Positions 48,748 to 57,342 of a stretch of 64,000 bases of DNA are shown piece after piece; within the stretch, counting starts at the first letter, position 1, and each line of letters starts with the position of its first letter. The stretch comes from Thermodesulfobacteriota bacterium. GTDB lineage: Bacteria; Desulfobacterota; Desulfobacteria; Desulfobacterales; SURF-7. The position numbers and the translations under genes were made by a program. The notes beneath the pieces are model-generated. The model made no database searches, had not been told where the DNA came from, and saw only the letters and a program-made list of their open reading frames with translations. The stretch spans positions 1-64,000 of the forward strand of contig JBMORA010000028.1 in assembly GCA_049320885.1 (NCBI GenBank). The letters run 5' to 3'.

Positions 48748-49499
48748 ACATATTTGCAACAAGAAGTTTCGCTTTACTGGCCTTGGCCTCGGTTTTCTCC
48801 GTCACCGGCCGGGCGATTCCCGCGGAAATCGCCTCCCATGACATCCTGGACGGATTGCTGCAACGCCATGTCCGGGACGGCCTTGTCAATTATTCCGGCT
48901 TCCAGCGGGAAGAGGCCCTTCTTGACCGGTATCTCGCCATCCTGGAAACGGCGGCGCCGGACAAGATGACGCGCAACGACCGCTACGCGTTTTACATCAA
49001 CGCCTACAATGCCTGGACCATCAAGCTGATCCTGTCAAAATACCCGGACATCCGCTCCATCAAGGATCTCGGCGGCCTGTTTTCCAGCCCCTGGAAAAAG
49101 AAAATCTGCCGGCTCAATGGAAAGCTCCTCACCCTGGATGACATCGAGCATGGTATTTTACGTCCCCAATTCCAGGATCCCCGGGTCCATTTCGCCGTCA
49201 TCTGCGCATCCAAAGGCTGTCCGGCGATTCGAGCCGAAGCCTACCGCGGCGAAATTCTGGACCGGCAGCTGGATTCGGCGACAGAGGATTTTCTGAACGA
49301 TCCCCGCAAAAACCATCTCAAAGGCGACACGCTCTATGTCAGCAAAATTTTCGACTGGTTTGAAGAAGATTTCCAGGGCGATGTGCCGGGGTTCTTTCTG
49401 AAATACGCCGGAAAGGAGCTGAAAGCAGCCATCCGGCAGACCGGCAGCCGCCTCCGGATCGCCTATCTGGACTACGATTGGAGTTTGAACAAGAACTGA
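48744..49499 (+). CDS. DUF547 domain protein
   Basis: AFYINAYNA, TLDDIEH, DPRVHFA..CASKGCP, SKIFDWF, YDWSLN. Confidence 0.88.
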   Translation: MNIFATRSFALLALASVFSVTGRAIPAEIASHDILDGLLQRHVRDGLVNYSGFQREEALLDRYLAILETAAPDKMTRNDRYAFYINAYNAWTIKLILSKYPDIRSIKDLGGLFSSPWKKKICRLNGKLLTLDDIEHGILRPQFQDPRVHFAVICASKGCPAIRAEAYRGEILDRQLDSATEDFLNDPRKNHLKGDTLYVSKIFDWFEEDFQGDVPGFFLKYAGKELKAAIRQTGSRLRIAYLDYDWSLNKN

Positions 49500-49505
49500 C
49501 CTTTT

Positions 49506-50762
49506 TTACTGTCGGCGTTTTTTCGCCCGAGCGGCCCGCCGGAGGGAACTGGTGCGCTGAAAACCGAAAAAAAGCCGTACCACCCAGGCCATGATTTTCA
49601 TGCCGCTTCCTTCGAATGTCCGGGCCACATCCTCCAGCAGGGACTGGATGGGCAATCCCTGGGGGCAGGCCTTTTCGCATTGCCCGCATTTTTCGCACAG
49701 CGACGCATGGGCCGGATTGGTGCCGAAGGCCCCGGACAGTCGGCTCAGGTAAAACAGGCGGGCGGTCTTCTGGTCGTCAAACATGTGAAAACTGTTATAG
49801 ATCTCGAAGCAACCGGGGATATCCACACCCGCGGGACAGGGCATGCAGTACCGGCAGCCGGTGCAACCGGCTTTCATCAGCCGGCGATAGGTTTCCTCGA
49901 CGCGGTCCACCAATGACAGTTCCTGATCCGACAGGGAATGGGGCCGTCCTTCCGCGGCGATGCGGATATTTTCAGCGATGTGTTGCTCCTCGTTCATGCC
50001 GGAAAGCACCATGGTGATTTCCGGATGATTCCAGAGCCATCGGAACGCCCATTCCGCCGGAGTGCGCTTGACAGGGGCTTCGTTCCAGACGGCCGCCACC
50101 TCCCGGGGCACCCTCCCCGCCAGATTCCCGCCGCGCAACGGCTCCATGATGACGATACCCAGTTGTTTCCCGGCCGCATATTCCAGTCCGGCTTTCCCGG
50201 CCTGGGAAAAACGGTCCAGAAAATTATACTGGATCTGACAGAGTTGCCAATCATAGGCATCCACAATTTCCGTGAATGTATCGGGGGCGCCGTGAAACGA
50301 AAACCCTGCATGGAGAATGCGGCCATCCTGTCTGGCCCGGTCCAGAAATGTCAGGACATCCATCTGCAGCAGTTTGTTCCAGTTTTTCTTCTCCAGGGCG
50401 TGCAGCAGATAATAGTCGATGTGATCCGTCCGCAACCGGTCCAATTGGGCGTTCAGAATGCGATCCAAATCCTCGGCTTTTTTCACCGACCAGGGCGGCA
50501 GTTTGGTGGCGATCCGGACTTTCGCCCGCAGGCCGTCGGCCAATGCGTTTCCCAGAAAGGGTTCGCTGTCGCCCATGTGGTAGGGCATGGCCGTATCCAG
50601 ATAATTGACCCCCTGATCCACCGCCTGATGGAGCTGACGAAGCGCCCTCTTTTGATCGATTTTTCCGTCCCCGGCTTTTCCCTTTGTCTGGGGCAGCCGC
50701 ATGCAGCCGAATCCGAGGATGGATAGCCTGTCGCCTGTTTTCGGAACATCGCGGTACAGCAT
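49506..50762 (-). CDS. Aldo/keto reductase with C-terminal Fe-S domain
   Basis: LGFGCMRLP, DTA.PYH, IATKLP, MEPLRGG; CTGCRYCMPCP, CEKCGQCEKACP. Confidence 0.9.
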   Translation of the reverse strand: MLYRDVPKTGDRLSILGFGCMRLPQTKGKAGDGKIDQKRALRQLHQAVDQGVNYLDTAMPYHMGDSEPFLGNALADGLRAKVRIATKLPPWSVKKAEDLDRILNAQLDRLRTDHIDYYLLHALEKKNWNKLLQMDVLTFLDRARQDGRILHAGFSFHGAPDTFTEIVDAYDWQLCQIQYNFLDRFSQAGKAGLEYAAGKQLGIVIMEPLRGGNLAGRVPREVAAVWNEAPVKRTPAEWAFRWLWNHPEITMVLSGMNEEQHIAENIRIAAEGRPHSLSDQELSLVDRVEETYRRLMKAGCTGCRYCMPCPAGVDIPGCFEIYNSFHMFDDQKTARLFYLSRLSGAFGTNPAHASLCEKCGQCEKACPQGLPIQSLLEDVARTFEGSGMKIMAWVVRLFFGFQRTSSLRRAARAKKRRQ

Positions 50763-51120
50763 GGTGGTTGTCTCCTGTCGGGAAAAATCCGCTACGGAAT
50801 GAATATTCATTCCGAATTAGGCAAGCTGGATCGATTTGTCAATAAAAAAAAGACCGCTACCCGCCCCGGCTGCGGGAGAGCGGCGCCCGATATCCAGAAA
50901 ATACCATGTATTATAATGACTTGACACTATTTTTGACTTCAGTGTATATTGCCATTACATACAGTTCTCATCAGCTGCCTTGAAGCCGGATGTCCCTTGT
51001 TATTTCTCTCCTCTTTCCCTGCACCGGCTGACAACGATTTCCGGGCTCATGTCGGTTTGCCGGAGTGGTGAATCCGTTCCAAATCCAGCTGGAACAATGA
51101 CCTTCTCAAGGGATCATGTC

Positions 51121-52635
51121 ATGACAAAAGAAAAAATGATCGTCTTTCTGATCGGAGGCGACGAAACGGAACAACAAATCATCTCCCGGCAACTTCATCA
51201 GGATTCCCTATACGACACCATCACCGCCACCTCGGTGGAAGAAATCCACCATCAAATGGGAAAACATCCCGTGGACGTTATTCTTCTGAATCATGGCGAT
51301 CCGGGGGTCCCCGACCCGCCTTTTCTTCCGACGATCGCGGAACGCCCCGTCATCCATCTCATTCCTGCTGACAGGAAATATCTGGAAAGCCGGATCATGA
51401 AAGACGGAGCCATCGATTACCTGCTCAAAGATTCCGAAGGCCATTATCTGTCGCTGCTGCCGCTGGCAATCCGAAATACGTTGATGCGCCGGCAGCAATT
51501 TTTGAGCCTGGTCAACGACAAGAAAATGAAGGCCATCACATCCCTGGCCGGAGGCATCGCGCACCAGTTCAACAACAAACTGGTCGGCATATCCGGCAAT
51601 CTGGAGTTGTTGGAAATAGCTCTTCCCGATAATCCCGCTGTCAAGAAATACGGTGAACGGATCAAAAGCGCCGTGAAGCAGATTTCCTATTTTACCGAAC
51701 AACTCCTGGCGTATTCCCGTCAGGGTAAACACCATCCCCAGAAAACACCCTTGAACGCTTTTATCCGCAGCGTTTTGCCGGCCCTCGATTCCGTCAAGAC
51801 AAAGCATATCCACCTGGAACTGACTTTTTGCGACAGGGACGTATTGGTGGATATCGACTACTCCCAAATGCGATTAGTCCTTGCAGCGGTCATCAACAAC
51901 GCCGTGGAGGCGGTTGCGGATAACGGATGGATACAGTTGTCCACCGGCAGCAGCCAAGTGAAGCTCCCCCGGAATCCGGGCAAGCCTTCAGCGAGGAACG
52001 GACTCCATGCCTGCATCACCGTTACGGACCATGGAAAGGGCATGGAGGCGGAAACCGCAGATCGCATTTTTGAACCGTTTTTCACCACGAATTTCCAGGG
52101 TCGCGGCTTGGAAATGGCGGCGGCACACGGCATTGTCAGTAATCACAACGGCTGGATCACCGTCGCTTCGGAACCGGGCTCCGGCACCACGGTGGCCATA
52201 TTTCTTCCGGCGGAGCCCCTTCATGAGGAAACAAGCACGCCTGAAATGCCGGTCCGGAATCATCGGTCAAAGGGAGCCGTCCTGTTGATCGATGATGAGG
52301 AGCTGGTGATCGAGGTCGGAACGGAGATGCTGAAAAAAATGGGCTTCGACGTGATCATCGCCAGAACCGGCGAGCAGGCGCTCCGGATTGCCGAAACCTG
52401 CCGCGACCCCATCGATATTGTCCTGTTGGATATCGGTCTGCCGGATATGAGCGGGAATGAGATCTATCCCCTCTTGACGGAAGTACTGCCGAACATCAAG
52501 GTGATTGTCTGCAGCGGATATTCAATTGACGGAAAAGCGGAGGAAATTCTGAAAGCCGGCGCCCATGGCTATATTCAAAAACCATTTGCATTCGGTGAAT
52601 TCTCCGCAAAGCTGACATCCGTCCACCAATCCTGA
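51121..52635 (+). CDS. Hybrid histidine kinase (REC-like, HisKA, HATPase, REC)
   Basis: AHQFNN.L, DHGKGM, FEPFFTT, GRGLEM; C-terminal LLDIGLP..KPF. Confidence 0.88.
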   Translation: MTKEKMIVFLIGGDETEQQIISRQLHQDSLYDTITATSVEEIHHQMGKHPVDVILLNHGDPGVPDPPFLPTIAERPVIHLIPADRKYLESRIMKDGAIDYLLKDSEGHYLSLLPLAIRNTLMRRQQFLSLVNDKKMKAITSLAGGIAHQFNNKLVGISGNLELLEIALPDNPAVKKYGERIKSAVKQISYFTEQLLAYSRQGKHHPQKTPLNAFIRSVLPALDSVKTKHIHLELTFCDRDVLVDIDYSQMRLVLAAVINNAVEAVADNGWIQLSTGSSQVKLPRNPGKPSARNGLHACITVTDHGKGMEAETADRIFEPFFTTNFQGRGLEMAAAHGIVSNHNGWITVASEPGSGTTVAIFLPAEPLHEETSTPEMPVRNHRSKGAVLLIDDEELVIEVGTEMLKKMGFDVIIARTGEQALRIAETCRDPIDIVLLDIGLPDMSGNEIYPLLTEVLPNIKVIVCSGYSIDGKAEEILKAGAHGYIQKPFAFGEFSAKLTSVHQS

Positions 52636-52699
52636 CCAGCGGATTTTCCGCCCAGGGGCCGACTGACCGCCATTTCACCCGGACGCCTTCCTTTCCGGT

Positions 52700-53596
52700 T
52701 CAAGCGGAACCGTCCGCATGAGGGAAATACATCTCGATGCCGGTGCCCTCCGCACCGGTTCTGATCTCGATATGGCCGTGATGGGCCAGAACCACATGCC
52801 GGACGATGGTCATTTCCAGGCCGGTCCCGTTTCTCCCCATGACCTTGCGGGTATAAAAGGGATTGAAGATGCCGGCTCGATCCGACTCGGAGAGGGCGGC
52901 CCCATTGTCGGAAACTTCCAAAACCACATACCTCCCCGGACGCCAGTCCGCAAATCCGCGCAGGGTTTGATCCAGATCCACCCGCCGGGTCCGGATCAGG
53001 ATCAGGCCGTTTTCTTCCAGGGGATTCCGCGATAAATCCGCGGCCGCATTGACAATGAGATTCGTCAGCGCCTTGCAGATAAGCCCGAACGATCCTTTCA
53101 GCCGCAGGGGCTCATCCGCCAGTTCGGTCCTCATCCGGAAAAGTGGATTGGTTTTTTGAATACCCTTGAATTCCGGCGACATCAGGCAATTTTTCACCAG
53201 GGTGTTCATATCCAGCGTTTCCGTTTCATCGTCGCGCCCCCTGGCCAGGATCGCCAGCTCGGCCACCAGTTCCACGGCGCGCCGGCCGGATTGCCTGATC
53301 ATTTCCACGGCCCGTTTCTGCCGTTCATTCAGATCAAGGGAGAACAAGAGCAAATCGGGAAGAGTCGCGATTCCGGAAAGGATGTTGTTTAAATCATGGG
53401 CGGTTCCGGCGGCAATGGCCCCCAGATTTTCCATGATCCTTACCCGATCCAGTTTTTTTTCCAGGAGTTGTTTTTCGGTTTCCGCGATCCCAAGCCGCTC
53501 TTTCAAGGATTGGACGGTTTCCTCCTGGAGCTGAAGCTGACGCCCCATTTCACGGATTTGTTCTTCCATGGTCATTCCGCTCGTCATCGGCTTCAT
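52700..53596 (-). CDS. Sensor-less histidine kinase with degenerate ATP-binding boxes
   Basis: AHDLNNIL, NL..NA, DNGAAL, FNPFYT.K, GTGLEM. Confidence 0.8.
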   Translation of the reverse strand: MKPMTSGMTMEEQIREMGRQLQLQEETVQSLKERLGIAETEKQLLEKKLDRVRIMENLGAIAAGTAHDLNNILSGIATLPDLLLFSLDLNERQKRAVEMIRQSGRRAVELVAELAILARGRDDETETLDMNTLVKNCLMSPEFKGIQKTNPLFRMRTELADEPLRLKGSFGLICKALTNLIVNAAADLSRNPLEENGLILIRTRRVDLDQTLRGFADWRPGRYVVLEVSDNGAALSESDRAGIFNPFYTRKVMGRNGTGLEMTIVRHVVLAHHGHIEIRTGAEGTGIEMYFPHADGSA

Positions 53597-53870
53597 ACTC
53601 CTTCCCCGGATATCCTGAATTGATATCGAATATTGGCGAGAGTCGAGACGTTCCGCATGCATCATAAAGATATGCCGCATAGTATACCGAAGTCGAAAAA
53701 GCCTGTCAATTTCCCCATCGGAACCGCGACGAGACCGGAATGTGTTCCTTTACACGCCATGACGGAACGTGATATGCGTTCTCCTGGAAACGGTGGATGT
53801 TGTATTCATGTTTCATTATCGTACGGTGACTTCTTGACTCCGCGGAAGCCCTCCCGGCAAAGGAACGAAC

Positions 53871-54722
53871 TTGGATTTACGCGAAGCCTTCAAGCATGCG
53901 ATCGCCATTAATCAGAGCAACTGGAACCGTTTCGCCGGGTTGTTCCAATGGATCAACCGGCTGGCGCCCTATTCCCAATCACCCCTGGCGGGTCCCTTTC
54001 TGAAACACATCCTGAAATTCGACCGACCCGACAGAAATTTCACCCAGGGGTTCACCCTCGCCATCAACCGGTCCATAAAAAACAACTGCCGCAACGCCAT
54101 CCTTCCCGTCCAGATCGTCCGCAACACGCTGCTCCATTCTTCCTACCGGGCCATCATGCATAAATGCCTCTGCCGTGACGGCGGCCGCTGTTCCCGTTAC
54201 CCGTTGGATTTCGGATGCATTTTCATCGGCGAAGGATCACGGGTGACGGAAGCAAGGGGGATTTCCCGATCGGTGAGCGTGACGGAGGCTTTGGCGCACC
54301 TGGAACAAGCCGCGGATCTGGGACTGGTCTGTCAGTGCATCTGGGTGGAAGCCGAGGAGTTCGTCTGGGGCATCCGGCGGAAAAACCTGCACCGTTTCCT
54401 GGAAATCTGTTTTTGCTGTCCCTGCTGTTGCATCGCCCTGAAAAATCTCAAACACGTGGGACCCGACATCCGCGAGCGGTTTCGTTCCGTCGGTTGGCAG
54501 GCGAGGTCGACAATCCCCTGCAGCGGCTGCGGGAAATGCGCGAAAACCTGCCCCGTGGGCGCCATCCGCATTCAAGCCAACGCCGCAGTGGTTTCCGGAC
54601 AATGCATCGGTTGCGGCATCTGCCTGCATCGTTGTCCCGAAAAGGCGCTTGAACTGACCCCCACCGGGGAAACAAAATCCCGGATTCATGATTATTTCCG
54701 AGGATTTTCACTGGATGTATGA
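53871..54722 (+). CDS. 4Fe-4S dicluster domain protein
   Basis: CLCR....C, ICFCCPCCC, CSGCGKCAKTCP, CIGCGICLHRCP; TTG start after AAGGA. Confidence 0.85.
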   Translation: MDLREAFKHAIAINQSNWNRFAGLFQWINRLAPYSQSPLAGPFLKHILKFDRPDRNFTQGFTLAINRSIKNNCRNAILPVQIVRNTLLHSSYRAIMHKCLCRDGGRCSRYPLDFGCIFIGEGSRVTEARGISRSVSVTEALAHLEQAADLGLVCQCIWVEAEEFVWGIRRKNLHRFLEICFCCPCCCIALKNLKHVGPDIRERFRSVGWQARSTIPCSGCGKCAKTCPVGAIRIQANAAVVSGQCIGCGICLHRCPEKALELTPTGETKSRIHDYFRGFSLDV

Positions 54723-54864
54723 GCAACGGAACGTCTGCTGGCGGACCCCAGTGGATTTATCGTCGAATTCCGCCAGTATGGCCTGAACATTTTTGAAAGC
54801 GACCTGATCCGAAACAAATACCGCTTCCATATGCAACCGGGGAAAAATGACCGGTAAAAATCGC

Positions 54865-54922
54865 TTGACAGATAATATATACTTTCTATATATGCTTTTT
54901 ATATATTCATCGTATATAAAAA
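54865..54922 (+). promoter_or_regulatory. Sigma70 promoter overlapped by two palindromic operators (probable PadR sites)
   Basis: TTGACA 54865-54870; ATATA-N7-TATAT at 54875-54891 and 54901-54917, the second within a perfect 10-bp inverted repeat (54896-54922). Confidence 0.7.
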
Positions 54923-54943
54923 CCTGTTTCAGAAAAGGGCGTC

Positions 54944-55495
54944 ATGGCCATCAAATATTCCATTCTCGGATTGCTGCATTACAAGGACATGCACGGATAC
55001 CGGATCAAGGAGCATATCGAGCGCAATTTCGGCCATATGTGGTCCATCAATTACGGTCAGATCTATCCCAACCTGAAAAAGCTCTGCGATGACGGACTCA
55101 TCCGGATGCATGAGAAGACCCGGAACGGCGACAAAGGCGGCCCGCCCCGCAAGCTCTACTCCATCACCGAAAAAGGCCGGGAGGAGTTCGTCCGCTGGCT
55201 GCATGATTCTCCGGAACGGACCATGATCATGCGCGACCCGTTTCTGATGCGCTTTGTCTTTTTCGGTTTCGGGGACCGGGACAAGGCCCTGGAGCTGATC
55301 GACGAGCAGATCCGGGAATACGAGCTTCAACTGAAGCGGCGCGGGCTGAACAAGACACGCTGGTCGGAATTGGGCGACTACGTCCGCATGGTGGCCGACC
55401 TGGGCATCACGTTCAATGAAATGTACCTGGACTGGCTGAAGCGGGCGCGGGACGAGATCGCCCAAAAGCCACCAAGTCAAAGGGGTAACCCATGA
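54944..55495 (+). CDS. PadR family transcriptional regulator
   Basis: ILGLL....HGY.IK, GQIYP.L..L, RKLYSITEKG. Confidence 0.92.
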   Translation: MAIKYSILGLLHYKDMHGYRIKEHIERNFGHMWSINYGQIYPNLKKLCDDGLIRMHEKTRNGDKGGPPRKLYSITEKGREEFVRWLHDSPERTMIMRDPFLMRFVFFGFGDRDKALELIDEQIREYELQLKRRGLNKTRWSELGDYVRMVADLGITFNEMYLDWLKRARDEIAQKPPSQRGNP

Positions 55496-56487
55496 AAACC
55501 TCAGACATTTGCCTGGTAACCGGCGCTGCCGGATTCATGGGCAGTCATGTGGTGGAAGAGCTGGTCCGGACCGGCGCCCGGGTGATCGCCACCAGCCGTC
55601 CGCGCAGGGACACCTCCTTTTTCGACGCCCTGGGGGTCCGGTACATTCCGGCGGACCTGACCCGTCCCGATACGTTGATCCCGCTGTTTGCGGAAAAGGT
55701 GGAGCGCGTTTTTCATCTGGGCGCCGTCTGCAATTTTTCCACCCCCTATGCGAAGCTGCACCCGACCAACGTCGCCGGCGTCGATTGCCTTACGGATCTG
55801 GCCCGACAGCATGCGGTGGGTTGCTTTGTGCATGTCACCTCCACCAGCGTATACGGCTATTATCAGGGGACACCCTTCACGGAGGAATCGCCGCGAAGCC
55901 CCATGGACGATTACGGCCGCAGCAAGCGTGACGGTGAGGACATCGTCTTCCGCAAAATGCAACTCGGTCTGCCAGCAATCGTGGTCAGACCCTGCACGGT
56001 CTATGGCCCGCGATGCAATGACGGGGCCGGCAAGGTATTCTCGCGGCCCGGAGCCATCAAGGCGATACCCGGCAGCGGGAATCAAAAACTCTCCAACATC
56101 CGTGCCGAGGATGTGGCTGCCGCCGTGGTGTATCTCTCGGAAAGGGAAGACGCCAGGGGTCGGGTCTACAACCTGGCCGACGACTCCCATCCCACCGTCG
56201 GCGAAGCGCTGCGGACGGCCGCGCTCACATTCGGAACTCCGGTGCCTTCCCTGCATTTGCCTTTGTGGCTGGTCCGTTTCGTGGCCCGCCTGGAGGGCTT
56301 GGTCTGCCGATTCCGCAACCGCATACCGGAGCTGGAATACGATGCCGCCAGATATCTCGCGGCGGATTATATCGTGGACAACAGCCGCTTGAAGCAGACC
56401 GGATTCCGTTTCCGTTATCCGGACTTCGCAGCCTCCATGGAGCAATTGGGCGCCGCCTTCCGGTCGGATCGTCCATCGAAACCGTGA
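55492..56487 (+). CDS. Extended SDR (NAD-dependent epimerase/dehydratase, 3beta-HSD-like)
   Basis: TGAAGFMG, VFHLGA, STSVYG, YGRSK, RP..VYGP. Confidence 0.88.
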   Translation: MKTSDICLVTGAAGFMGSHVVEELVRTGARVIATSRPRRDTSFFDALGVRYIPADLTRPDTLIPLFAEKVERVFHLGAVCNFSTPYAKLHPTNVAGVDCLTDLARQHAVGCFVHVTSTSVYGYYQGTPFTEESPRSPMDDYGRSKRDGEDIVFRKMQLGLPAIVVRPCTVYGPRCNDGAGKVFSRPGAIKAIPGSGNQKLSNIRAEDVAAAVVYLSEREDARGRVYNLADDSHPTVGEALRTAALTFGTPVPSLHLPLWLVRFVARLEGLVCRFRNRIPELEYDAARYLAADYIVDNSRLKQTGFRFRYPDFAASMEQLGAAFRSDRPSKP

Positions 56488-56501
56488 ATAAAGGGGGGAA
56501 T

Positions 56502-57332
56502 ATGGGCAACGTGATCGTCATTACAGGACTGGCGGAAGGAATGGGGCGGGAAGTGGCCGTGATGTTGGCCCGGTCTGGAGACACCATCGCCGGATTCGAC
56601 ATGAATTCCGCGGGTATCGCCGCATTGGAGCAGGAGCTGAAATCCCATGGGAATCCGTTTTACCTGGAAACCATGAACATAACGGACCGCGGTGGTATTC
56701 AGCGGTTCCGGGATACGGTGCTGGATCGATTCGGCCAGGTGGACACCGTCGTTTCCAATGTGGGGATCGGTTTTTTCGGCCCCTTTGAGGAAACTGATCT
56801 CGAAAAGGCCATGAAATGCCTGGAAATCAACGTGATCGGAGCCGCGGCCATATTTCAGGCCTTTCTTCCGTCCATGCGCCTGAAGCGTCGCGGCAAACTG
56901 GTGGCCATGTCCTCCCTGGTGGGCCGGATCCCCTTTCCCTTCGAGTCCATTTATACGGCCTCCAAATTCGCCCTCCAGGGAATGATGGAGGCCATCCAAT
57001 ACGAGGTCAAACCTTTCGGTATTGACGTGGCCTTGGTGGAACCGGCCCAGGTTTCCACCAATTTCGCGGCCAAAATCCATCAGCTGCCGCCGGAAGGAAG
57101 CCCCTATCGCGATCGGGCGCGGCGTTTCATCGAGAGAGACAATGCCCTCATCAAGACCGCCACCACGCCCCGGACGGCGGCGGAAAAAATTGTCCGGGTG
57201 ATCCGCGACCATCGTCCCCGGCTGCATAACCAGGTGGATTTCATGAGTACCGTTTTTCTGGCCCTGAACCGGATTCTTCCCAAATTCGCGCGGGACATGA
57301 TTCTCGTGAACTACATGGATATTCGTGCATAA
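56502..57332 (+). CDS. Classical short-chain dehydrogenase/reductase
   Basis: TGLAEGMG, SNVG, SS, YTASK; RBS GGGGGG. Confidence 0.88.
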   Translation: MGNVIVITGLAEGMGREVAVMLARSGDTIAGFDMNSAGIAALEQELKSHGNPFYLETMNITDRGGIQRFRDTVLDRFGQVDTVVSNVGIGFFGPFEETDLEKAMKCLEINVIGAAAIFQAFLPSMRLKRRGKLVAMSSLVGRIPFPFESIYTASKFALQGMMEAIQYEVKPFGIDVALVEPAQVSTNFAAKIHQLPPEGSPYRDRARRFIERDNALIKTATTPRTAAEKIVRVIRDHRPRLHNQVDFMSTVFLALNRILPKFARDMILVNYMDIRA

Positions 57333-57342
57333 AGGAGGCCCC

